This document shows, one piece after another, positions 47,184 through 55,153 of a stretch of 64,000 nucleotides of DNA. The position numbers were made by a program, and so were the translations under genes. Source of the stretch: a virus; IMG/VR virus record IMGVR_UViG_3300044491_002068, positions 41,331 through 105,330 of that record. The stretch is one strand, 5' to 3'. Each line of letters begins with the position of its first letter. Position 1 is the stretch's first letter. The notes under the pieces were generated by a model. That model was not told the origin of the DNA. It made no database searches and worked only from the letters and a program-made list of their open reading frames with translations.

Positions 47184-47610
47184 AAACTAACAAGGAGCAA
47201 ACTACCAAAAGACTGCAACCGGGAAATCCCGATGACATACACGTTCACTGAAGGACCGGTGGGTTACACTCGTTACGCAACTGGTACTTACTGATAAGAC
47301 GGGCACGCCTGCCCAAAGAGGAACGATATGAATCACACGATACACTGGAACAACATCCTTGACGGGATGCCAGTCACTGCACGGAGAGCATCAAGCCTTG
47401 AGGAACAGGTTCGGAACAAGCAAACGCCCAAGCGGTTCCGGCACACGGGCTACTAGAGCCAAATCTAGGGAGAGTGGGCATCGCTGAAAAAATAGGCGGT
47501 GTTTGGGGTCCATGAAGTGAACAGCCTCTAATAATGCTTACGGGTTCGTCCTAAGGCTATCGTGAAGTAGCGTCAACTACCACACGATAGGGTGGGAGAG
47601 AAATACCCAA
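47184..47610 (+). ncRNA. Candidate large structured ncRNA
   Basis: Own promoter TTGACC-N18-TAACAT (47148-47177); no ORF of 60 aa or more; at least 8 hairpins plus a long-range helix pairing 47243-47257 with 47507-47522. Confidence 0.55.
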
Positions 47611-47612
47611 AA

Positions 47613-47960
47613 TCAGAGCAGACGCTTCACCTGCTGAGCATCAATGAAAACCGTCGCTGTGCCGTTGAAAAACTCAACTTGATCAATAGGGACACCAACC
47701 TTAGAGGCAATCGTCGCCTTAGCCCGAAGTTCCTCCATCGGGTCATACTCAACCCATGCATCCATCCAAGGATCATCCTGAACACTTACCGGCAGAGTAG
47801 CAAGACACGACTTACAGCACAGTTTGTCCTCCTGAACTTTAGGCTTACGTTTAGTCTCCGTAGTGTGTGTACACTCCAACTCAACATGCCAACTAGTACT
47901 GCCGTACTCACCAACTTTCACAGCGTTGACCACCATGCGCTTAGGTCCTCTTTTATCCAT
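47613..47960 (-). CDS. Zn-ribbon hypothetical protein
   Basis: LEC.H...C..C; leaderless TAAAAT-N6-ATG. Confidence 0.6.
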   Translation of the reverse strand: MDKRGPKRMVVNAVKVGEYGSTSWHVELECTHTTETKRKPKVQEDKLCCKSCLATLPVSVQDDPWMDAWVEYDPMEELRAKATIASKVGVPIDQVEFFNGTATVFIDAQQVKRLL

Positions 47961-48016
47961 AAATCTATTTTACTAGCCCCCTTGACTGTATGCCACCGTT
48001 CTCATACAATACCCTC

Positions 48017-48997
48017 ATGGACAAAGATAAACTTTTAGAAGACGCCGTAGCGCAAATTGAAAAGCAGTTTGGTGCTGGAAGCATCATGCGGCTTGGGGAC
48101 AACGCCTCCATGAAGATCGAAACCGTTTCAACCGGATCAATCGCTTTAGACTTGGCCCTAGGTGTGGGTGGATTACCTAAGGGACGAGTAACAGAAATTT
48201 ACGGACCAGAGTCATCTGGCAAGACCACTATCGCCCTGCACGTTATCGCAGAAGCACAGAAGCGTGGAGGAAGGTGCGCATTCATTGACGCAGAGCACGC
48301 ACTAGACCCAATATACGCAAAGGCAATTGGATGCGATATCGACAACCTTCTTGTTTCCCAGCCAGACACTGGCGAGCAGGCGCTCACAATTACCAACCAA
48401 CTTATCGCTTCAGGTGCGCTAGATGTCGTAGTCGTTGACTCTGTTGCCGCATTGACCCCTCGTGCAGAAATCGAAGGCGAAATGGGAGACAGCCATGTTG
48501 GCTTACACGCCCGTCTAATGTCGCAGGCAATGCGAAAGATTGTCGGAAACCTAAACAACTCAAAGACCGTTCTGATCATGATCAACCAGTTGCGAGAAAA
48601 GATTGGCGTAATGTTCGGTTCACCAGAAGTGACAACAGGTGGAAAGGCTCTAAAGTTCTACGCATCAGTCCGAATGGATATTCGCAGAATTGAGACACTC
48701 AAAGACAAGGATAACGGAGAAGCATCCGGCAACAAAACCCGTGTCAAGGTAGTCAAGAACAAGGTAGCCCCACCTTTCCGACAGGCAGAATTTGAAATTG
48801 CTTACGGTGAGGGGATTAGCAGAACTGGTGACATTGTAGATATTGCCGTAGAGATGAAGATCATCGACAAGAAGGGGGCATGGTACGCCTACAAGGGTGA
48901 GAACATCGGGCAGGGAAGGGCTAACACAAAAGTCTACTTGGATGAAAACACTGAAGTTAGAGAAGAAATTGCCGCCAAGATTTACGATTCGATTTGA
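48017..48997 (+). CDS. recA: RecA recombinase
   Basis: [41 protein letters not shown]; leaderless promoter TTGACT-N17-TACAAT-N6-ATG (47982-48016). Confidence 0.97.
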   Translation: MDKDKLLEDAVAQIEKQFGAGSIMRLGDNASMKIETVSTGSIALDLALGVGGLPKGRVTEIYGPESSGKTTIALHVIAEAQKRGGRCAFIDAEHALDPIYAKAIGCDIDNLLVSQPDTGEQALTITNQLIASGALDVVVVDSVAALTPRAEIEGEMGDSHVGLHARLMSQAMRKIVGNLNNSKTVLIMINQLREKIGVMFGSPEVTTGGKALKFYASVRMDIRRIETLKDKDNGEASGNKTRVKVVKNKVAPPFRQAEFEIAYGEGISRTGDIVDIAVEMKIIDKKGAWYAYKGENIGQGRANTKVYLDENTEVREEIAAKIYDSI

Positions 48998-49045
48998 CAG
49001 ACGCTATCATATGTAGTATTCTTGCTAATCAAGGAGGACCTACAA

Positions 49046-49348
49046 ATGGCACGAAAGAAGAAAGAAACACAACCCGTTGGACCGCCAGAAGGCTGGCTTG
49101 TCTCTGAAGAGTATCAAATTTCCCCGCAAGTGACTCTTTCAAAGGGCGACGAGTGTCGTATCAAGGGAGAACAAGGGAAATACAAGTTCATACGCCACGT
49201 AATAAACACTAACGTGGACAGTGAATGGGTTGACCTTTGGGGAGGCTCGCACGGTCATGGTCAATGGCGATCCGTGCACATACACATGCTGAAGCACATC
49301 CCCGAGAAGCGGTCCCGAAGAAAGAAAGAACCCCAGCCACAAACGTGA
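49046..49348 (+). CDS. Hypothetical SH3-like protein
   Basis: TTGACA-N17-TATTCT promoter and AAGGAGG SD. Confidence 0.6.
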   Translation: MARKKKETQPVGPPEGWLVSEEYQISPQVTLSKGDECRIKGEQGKYKFIRHVINTNVDSEWVDLWGGSHGHGQWRSVHIHMLKHIPEKRSRRKKEPQPQT

Positions 49349-49398
49349 CTGGGGTACTTCCCTGTTAGGGAAGGTAAGAGCAAACTATTCCCCTAACA
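49322..49398 (-). ncRNA. Candidate sRNA
   Basis: TTGATT-N17-TAAGAT promoter (49404-49432), 10-bp stem-loop, then terminator ACCCCAGTCAC/GTGGCTGGGGT-TCTTTC. Confidence 0.5.
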
Positions 49399-49449
49399 AA
49401 CATATCTTATAGGACTGCTAAACCTAAATCAAGCGGTCCGGGCACTTTC

Positions 49450-49647
49450 TCAGACGAGAGAAGCGGTTGTCTTGTCACCGACCTTAGTAGCGGCGAAAGA
49501 CTTCACCACTGAAAGGGCAGCAGCAAGCGCAGCCGTAGCAGCGCCCTTGGCTGAACTGAGGTCTGCCACAACAAACATAGCCAGAAATGTCTGGGCAAAT
49601 GTCATGAGCGCACGCTCTCCAGCCTGTTTGTAGATGCTTACATCCAT
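49450..49647 (-). CDS. Holin (r1t-like)
   Basis: ERA..TFAQ.F....A.AA.LSV.KS with two TM segments. Confidence 0.75.
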   Translation of the reverse strand: MDVSIYKQAGERALMTFAQTFLAMFVVADLSSAKGAATAALAAALSVVKSFAATKVGDKTTASLV

Positions 49648-49744
49648 AAGTTTCTCCTTGTTAGGGGATAATTAAAAGGCAAATTGCCTCTCTTTTATTG
49701 TACCACAAGGATAATATCGCTCAGGAACTACCTTTATACAAAAG

Positions 49745-50005
49745 TTAGTCTAGGTTTTTCTTAGGCTGAGACAAGGTGAATGCAGAATCAATCTCTTCGG
49801 CAGTAATCTTACCATCATCGGCATAAGCAGCCGCCAACTTCTGGAGAACAGTAGCCGCACTTGTGACACCCGCCAAGAACGCCGCCTTCCACGGATCAAT
49901 TCCACCAATAAGACTAGAGCCACCAATAATAGCCATAGCATTCATCATAAAGACGGCCATGATTCTGCCAGCAGTATTCCATACGAGTTTACTTGTCTGA
50001 GTCAT
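49745..50005 (-). CDS. Holin-like membrane protein
   Basis: Two TM segments; C-terminal DDGKIT.EEI..AF. Confidence 0.55.
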   Translation of the reverse strand: MTQTSKLVWNTAGRIMAVFMMNAMAIIGGSSLIGGIDPWKAAFLAGVTSAATVLQKLAAAYADDGKITAEEIDSAFTLSQPKKNLD

Positions 50006-50213
50006 CGCTTCTCTCATCATCTACATAGTCTAATACCGTACCAACAAGATGCAGTGCAAGACCGGCTACAGAAATATATATTCCTTGCTTTAACGTGGTT
50101 GACGATAAAGTTATCAGAACCAGTCCTGTGCCTGCCAAAGTCCAACCGAGATAAAACATCTCTCTAACGATGCGCCGCAATGAACCTATAATAGTTTTAA
50201 ATATTGTTCTCAT
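49989..50213 (-). CDS. Small membrane protein
   Basis: WTLAGTGLVLITLS; two TM segments. Confidence 0.55.
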   Translation of the reverse strand: MRTIFKTIIGSLRRIVREMFYLGWTLAGTGLVLITLSSTTLKQGIYISVAGLALHLVGTVLDYVDDERSDDSDK

Positions 50214-50227
50214 AGTGCCTCCATTCA

Positions 50228-52297
50228 CTAAGAACGCCTCTTTCTAGAAGAAGCCTTTTTCTTGTCTCCTCCGCCAGTGTCACCACCACCAGCGCTACCA
50301 CCACCGGAGCCTCCACCGCTTGGCCCGCCACCGCTAGCCCCAGATGCCGCAACCGCCACCGTCACTGCTGCTGTTGCGGCAACAACTGTACGACGAGTTT
50401 CAGTATCGACCGTCGAACCCTCAGCCACATACTGATTAAACGCCTCATCATCAAAAATATCAACCGCCGACTCAAACTCCTTTTTGACTTCATCGTCCGC
50501 ATCGTTAATTGCTGCAACCAGAATCACCTTAGCGGTGTCAGAAATCTTATCAAAGTTATCGTCAGTCACTAGACTTTCTATTTCGTCAACAGTTACGTCA
50601 CCGTCAACAACACCCAAAAACTCTTCTGCCAAATCTTCATCTAAAGTATCTAGTTCCTCAACTATTTTAACTTCTGCAGGGTCAACTTCAAGTAAGTCTA
50701 CGCCTTGAGTATTAATACCAAGTTGTTTAAACTCAACTTCAGTTTCAGCCGCTCGTTCTTCTTCTAGCGTCGGCGGCACGGTGGTTGTTGTAGGCGGTGT
50801 CCTCGGGATCGTCGTACTCGTTGTTGTACTCGTAGTGGGGGCGACTGTCGTCGTAGTCGTTGTCGATGTGGACGATGTGGTGGTTGTCGTGGTAGTACTT
50901 GTTGATGTAGTTGTAGTCGGGGTTACCGTAGTCGTCGTAGCCGGTACGGTTGTCGTTGTCGTTGATGGCGGTGCCTCCGTTGTCGTTGTTGTAGGCGCTA
51001 CCGTCGTCGTAGTCGTTGGCGGCAACGTCGTTGTTGTCGTTACAGGTATTGTAGTGGTTGTGGTTGTCGTTGGAGGCAAGGTCGTAGTCGTTGTTGTCGT
51101 CGTTGTAGTCGGAGGAACGGTGGTTGTCGTCGTTGTCGTCGGAGGAGTACCTTCTGAAACTTGAATTTCCATAGTCTCACCAACATGACAATCATTCTCA
51201 GAACCACAAGCAAGAATGTTAAAGTACCATACTGCCGTTCCTAAATCATCGTAAGCAACCGTGTAAGAAGTCGAAGAAATGTTTTGAGTGTAAGTAATGT
51301 TAGACTCATCTATCTCCCACGGATCACCAAGTTGGTTCCAAGCGATCTTGTAATGCGCAGGATCAACAAAACCATCGCTAGAAGCATCCCAACTAAACGT
51401 GAGGTCGCCAGTAGCGTCATCCCGCTCGTAACTCTGATTGTCTACTACGTCAGGCATGTTCATGATAGAAGTTGAGGCTATGGATGTCCAACTAGAGTAT
51501 AAAGCGTTCGTGTCGTTATCCGAACGGACCTTAACATTGAACAAACCATGTGCTTCGTTGAACAACTGCTCAATGTAAGAAGCACTGAACGTGTACTCAG
51601 CAACTAAAGCATTTTCGTCTCCGACGTTACCAGTTGCCACGCCATATGGTCCAGCGTTCCCATCGTCGTTCAGGCCAAACCCGATAGCGTAACGTTCTGG
51701 ATCAACGTTTCCGTCAGTTGGGGCATCCCAATCGGCCTTTACCGTACCGTTGTAGTAGTCAACGGTTAAAGTCAAGTTGGTAGGATCGCCTATCGTTTGA
51801 GGAATTGTCGTCGTGGTCGTCGTCGTGCTGGTCGTTGTTGGTGTACCGCCAGAAAGTTCATAGTTCTGGATCACCAACTCGTAGGTACCATCTCCCCAAT
51901 TTGAAGTACCGCCAATACCAAACTGTTGGCAGCAATATCCAGCCCTAATTCGATACTCGCCGGGGTCAAGGTCGATAACAATTTTCGATGAAACACACTG
52001 CCCTTGCCCGTGGTTACCGTCATCGTTTTCAGTTATCAGTGCGCCCGTCGATTCAGGATTATCGTCATACAGCCACAAGTACGGATCGGTAGTAAGAACC
52101 TCGCAGTTCTCGTTAGAGTTACCATAAATGTAAACAGTCTCAGTTTCCGATACCGTAAAGTACCAGTCAGACTCTTCAACCACCTCATACGACGAAGCCG
52201 AGGCCGTAGGGGAAAACCAAGCCAGTAACAGCAACCACACAAACATTGCTTTAGCAGCACGCCTGTACGTCCTACCACGTCTCCACATAACTTTCAC
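50228..52297 (-). CDS. Exported surface protein with PPC/FN3-like domains and a long Thr-rich linker
   Basis: Signal peptide ending ASA; DPYLWLY..ENDD..G.Y.I (PPC-like); poly-Thr at 50780-51150; hydrophobic and basic tail. Confidence 0.7.
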   Translation of the reverse strand: MKVMWRRGRTYRRAAKAMFVWLLLLAWFSPTASASSYEVVEESDWYFTVSETETVYIYGNSNENCEVLTTDPYLWLYDDNPESTGALITENDDGNHGQGQCVSSKIVIDLDPGEYRIRAGYCCQQFGIGGTSNWGDGTYELVIQNYELSGGTPTTTSTTTTTTTIPQTIGDPTNLTLTVDYYNGTVKADWDAPTDGNVDPERYAIGFGLNDDGNAGPYGVATGNVGDENALVAEYTFSASYIEQLFNEAHGLFNVKVRSDNDTNALYSSWTSIASTSIMNMPDVVDNQSYERDDATGDLTFSWDASSDGFVDPAHYKIAWNQLGDPWEIDESNITYTQNISSTSYTVAYDDLGTAVWYFNILACGSENDCHVGETMEIQVSEGTPPTTTTTTTVPPTTTTTTTTTTLPPTTTTTTTIPVTTTTTLPPTTTTTVAPTTTTTEAPPSTTTTTVPATTTTVTPTTTTSTSTTTTTTTSSTSTTTTTTVAPTTSTTTSTTIPRTPPTTTTVPPTLEEERAAETEVEFKQLGINTQGVDLLEVDPAEVKIVEELDTLDEDLAEEFLGVVDGDVTVDEIESLVTDDNFDKISDTAKVILVAAINDADDEVKKEFESAVDIFDDEAFNQYVAEGSTVDTETRRTVVAATAAVTVAVAASGASGGGPSGGGSGGGSAGGGDTGGGDKKKASSRKRRS

Positions 52298-52379
52298 CCC
52301 AAATACACAGTAACACCTTCTACTATTGTACCAGCCACAAAGACTTGCTAAATTCAGAGAATGCAGTATAATAGTGATT

Positions 52380-52598
52380 ATGCCTACATACGACTACAAA
52401 TGTGAAACATGTGGCGTGTTTGAACGCTTCCAGAAAATATCTGAGGCAAACCTGTCCGAATGCCCTACCTGTGGCAGTGGTGTAAAGAAACTTTTCAGCC
52501 CTCCGGGCGTAGTTGGGATGCCAAACGGACCTAAAAACACTGCCCCAACGTACAGGGGAGACAGGTCCCCTGTATGGAATAGCGCTCAGGCCGAGTGA
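52380..52598 (+). CDS. FmdB-like zinc-ribbon protein
   Basis: MPTYDYKC..CG..E......CP.CG..V.K; leaderless TTGCTA-N16-TATAAT-N7-ATG. Confidence 0.8.
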   Translation: MPTYDYKCETCGVFERFQKISEANLSECPTCGSGVKKLFSPPGVVGMPNGPKNTAPTYRGDRSPVWNSAQAE

Positions 52599-52599
52599 A

Positions 52600-53202
52600 A
52601 TGGGTACGTTCACCTTCATAACAGGAACAATGTCATCTGGAAAGACAACGCATCTACTTCAAACACACTTCAACATTGAATCGGCATTCCCCGGTCAAGT
52701 AATGCTTCTAAACAAAAACGATAGATCAGGCGAATCAGTATGCAGCAACCGAACAGGAGGCGCATCGCTATCTACTGGCCTAACTGACGACAGCAGCATA
52801 GTTGACATTATAACCAACGAAGAGCAGAGAACTAGGACAACCATAAGTCACGTTTTCATTGATGAAGCGCAGTTCTTGTCAAAAGACCAAGTTGAGTCAC
52901 TAGCCTACTTAGCGGATGTCCACGACATAAACGTTTATGCCTACGGTCTAATGACATCATACAAAGGAAAACTGTTCGACGCCACAATCCGAATATTAGA
53001 ATTGTGTGATAGGGTTATTCAAGTTAGCAACGGTATGCGATGTTGGTGCGGCAAAAGAGCCACACACAATGCACTATTCGTTGCTGGCGCTAAAGCATCA
53101 TCTGGTGCCACAACAATCGTTGACAACTCTGATATGATTGACTATCAGGTTATGTGTCGAAGACATTTCTTAGAGCACATAGAAAACACTTCTAAACCTT
53201 AG
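52600..53202 (+). CDS. tdk: Thymidine kinase
   Basis: GTMSSGKTT, FIDEAQFL, YGL.T.Y.G.LF, C.CG..ATHN, Y...CRRH. Confidence 0.88.
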   Translation: MGTFTFITGTMSSGKTTHLLQTHFNIESAFPGQVMLLNKNDRSGESVCSNRTGGASLSTGLTDDSSIVDIITNEEQRTRTTISHVFIDEAQFLSKDQVESLAYLADVHDINVYAYGLMTSYKGKLFDATIRILELCDRVIQVSNGMRCWCGKRATHNALFVAGAKASSGATTIVDNSDMIDYQVMCRRHFLEHIENTSKP

Positions 53203-53398
53203 CAGTGAAAGTAATAGTCTCTCCATCGTAAGAGACAACTTCCATACTGATCCCTTCAAACAAAATGTTGACCACCTGAATCATGTCATCAATAGTCAAC
53301 TCTTTGTCATCATCCTCAGGGTCAGCCAAATCAACAAGGGTGTCCACGAAATAGTCGAACACCGCCATGCGTGCTTCATAAATGTTTTTGTCAGACAT
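53192..53398 (-). CDS. Small acidic hypothetical protein
   Basis: Leaderless TTGATT-N17-TATACT-N6-ATG. Confidence 0.6.
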   Translation of the reverse strand: MSDKNIYEARMAVFDYFVDTLVDLADPEDDDKELTIDDMIQVVNILFEGISMEVVSYDGETITFTAKV

Positions 53399-53514
53399 GT
53401 AAGTAGTATAATCGGAAAAAACTTGACAATCAAGCAATTCAGTCTTGACAGCCTAACCCACACTAATGTATACTACGTGAGTACAGCAAATAGACAAACA
53501 TGATAGGAGACTCA

Positions 53515-53955
53515 ATGAGCAATGCTGACATTACAGTAACCGGAAATCTTACGGTTGACCCCGAACTCAAGTTTGGTGCAAATGGAAATGCCCGACTTGG
53601 ATTCTCAATCGCTTCCAATAAGCGATATCAGGTCAACGGAGAATGGAAGGAAGAGACATCCTTCTTCAACGTCACAGCGTGGCGGACACTTGCAGAGAGC
53701 GCCGCAAGCGTTCTTGAAAAGGGAATGCCAATCATCGTCAAGGGACGACTGGAACAGCGAAGTTGGGAAGACAGTGAAGGAAACAAGAAGTCCACTGTCG
53801 AAATTGTTGCAGATACCATCGGGGTGAACACCTTCGGTATCGAAAGTCTGGAGCGCCGACGAGGTGGTGCAGGAAACTCAGGGGGCAATGAGCGCCCACG
53901 AGTTCCGGCAAAGGCTGCTGCAGTACCGTCTAGCGATCCTTTCGAAGACTTTTAA
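53515..53955 (+). CDS. ssb: Single-stranded DNA-binding protein
   Basis: GNLT.DPEL.F, F..V.AWR.LAE, GRLEQRSWE, acidic PF tail. Confidence 0.95.
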   Translation: MSNADITVTGNLTVDPELKFGANGNARLGFSIASNKRYQVNGEWKEETSFFNVTAWRTLAESAASVLEKGMPIIVKGRLEQRSWEDSEGNKKSTVEIVADTIGVNTFGIESLERRRGGAGNSGGNERPRVPAKAAAVPSSDPFEDF

Positions 53956-53997
53956 GTAAAGTTTTCAACTGAAACATTTCGTTGAAAGGAGTTGAGA

Positions 53998-54021
53998 GTG
54001 GCCCCGAAAGGGGTCATTTTC
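53998..54021 (+). terminator. Intrinsic terminator after ssb
   Basis: GTGGCCCC-GAAA-GGGGTCAT-TTTC. Confidence 0.8.
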
Positions 54022-54056
54022 GTTTGAGCATGTTATACTATATGTATAACCTGTTC

Positions 54057-54120
54057 TGCTGAGTGGGGTGTGTGGAAGTAGAGAGCCATGCACCCCACAC
54101 AGCACTCTCTACATAGGAGT
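54057..54120 (+). promoter_or_regulatory. Structured 5' leader of the HNH gene
   Basis: 19-bp stem; loop GTAGAGAG is complementary to the adjacent CTCTCTAC next to the SD. Confidence 0.6.
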
Positions 54121-54126
54121 TTCACG

Positions 54127-54723
54127 ATGAAGACGTGTTCAGACTGTCAGTTAAGTCAGCCTTACACTAACTACTACAAGGATAAGGCAGGCCGAGACGG
54201 TTTTAAGGCTAGATGCAAATCATGTATCAAGCGATATGCAGAAAGAAACCGTGAGCACATAAAGGCTTACAAAGCCGCATACCGTGAAAAGAACCGTGAG
54301 GCTATCCACGTTGCCCAACGAGAGTGGTACGTTGCTAACGCTGACTATGCTAAAGCAAAAAATAAACAGTACCGGCGAGACAACCCCGAAAAGGTATCTC
54401 ATAGTGAACGTCACCAAACGCACAAGCGTCGGGCAAGAATGAAATACACGGTGCCCCAACGTTGGCGTAAAAGTGCGGAAACACCCAACCGCTGCTACTG
54501 GTGTGGAGGTGACATCTCCGAATACCATGAGATTGACCACATCATGCCAATCTCGTTAGGTGGTCCTGTTAAAGATTACAACGAAGTACGGGCCTGCCAA
54601 GACTGCAACGGAGCCAAATGGAACAAGCACCCACTAGTGTGGATTGCAGACCAATTTGACAACCGTCCACTCAATGAGGTATGCTTAGGAGATGGACAAA
54701 CACGAATGCAAGTCAATTATTGA
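54127..54723 (+). CDS. Free-standing HNH homing-type endonuclease
   Basis: KTC..C...Y.....DG....CK.C Zn finger; C.WCG...DHIMP.S.GG.....N....C..CN..K. Confidence 0.85.
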   Translation: MKTCSDCQLSQPYTNYYKDKAGRDGFKARCKSCIKRYAERNREHIKAYKAAYREKNREAIHVAQREWYVANADYAKAKNKQYRRDNPEKVSHSERHQTHKRRARMKYTVPQRWRKSAETPNRCYWCGGDISEYHEIDHIMPISLGGPVKDYNEVRACQDCNGAKWNKHPLVWIADQFDNRPLNEVCLGDGQTRMQVNY

Positions 54724-55153
54724 ACTTCTAAGCGTAACATGGGACAAGCCGCTAGACACAACCGCACTTACAGTCAGGGCAAAGGGTTACTGGGAATACC
54801 TTAGCGATATTCCATACGAAGAAACAAAGTCAACCATCAAGAAGATGGGTGTGGCTGGTAGAAAATGGATGCCCAAACCCGGAGAACTAAGAATTGCCAC
54901 GATAGCAGAAATGCGTGACGAGCAACTACCTCCTGAACCTGAAGAGGCGTGGACAGTTCTACAATCTATAGGTCAGAAAATCTACAGCGGCACTTACGAC
55001 TACGACAAGCCACACCCAGTGCTTGCTGAAACTATCAAAAGGCTAGGAACAAACGCCACAGCCTTGACAACCAACTCAGACCGTGCTATGTTTATATCTC
55101 TTTACGAGAAGACACGGGAGTCATACATTTTGGAGAACTATGGAACCGATTGA
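54692..55153 (+). CDS. Replication protein (helicase loader/inhibitor G39P-like)
   Basis: W..L.D..Y......K......P.PGELR, PEEAW; precedes the primase-helicase. Confidence 0.55.
   Translation: MDKHECKSIIELLSVTWDKPLDTTALTVRAKGYWEYLSDIPYEETKSTIKKMGVAGRKWMPKPGELRIATIAEMRDEQLPPEPEEAWTVLQSIGQKIYSGTYDYDKPHPVLAETIKRLGTNATALTTNSDRAMFISLYEKTRESYILENYGTD

Noticed and set aside
47184-47610. tmRNA, RNase P, tRNA or hammerhead ribozyme
   Set aside because: No tRNA-like ends or CCA, no GAGGAAAGUCC, and CUGAUAAG does not fit the CUGANGA/GAAA core.
47520-47612. Group II intron DV/DVI or IscB omegaRNA (GTCAACTACC)
   Set aside because: No AGC/CGC catalytic triad, no interrupted gene, and no RT, IscB or TnpB nearby. 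Kept only as part of the unknown ncRNA candidate.
50781-51164. Poly-Val ORF on the + strand
   Set aside because: Antisense shadow of the poly-Thr linker.
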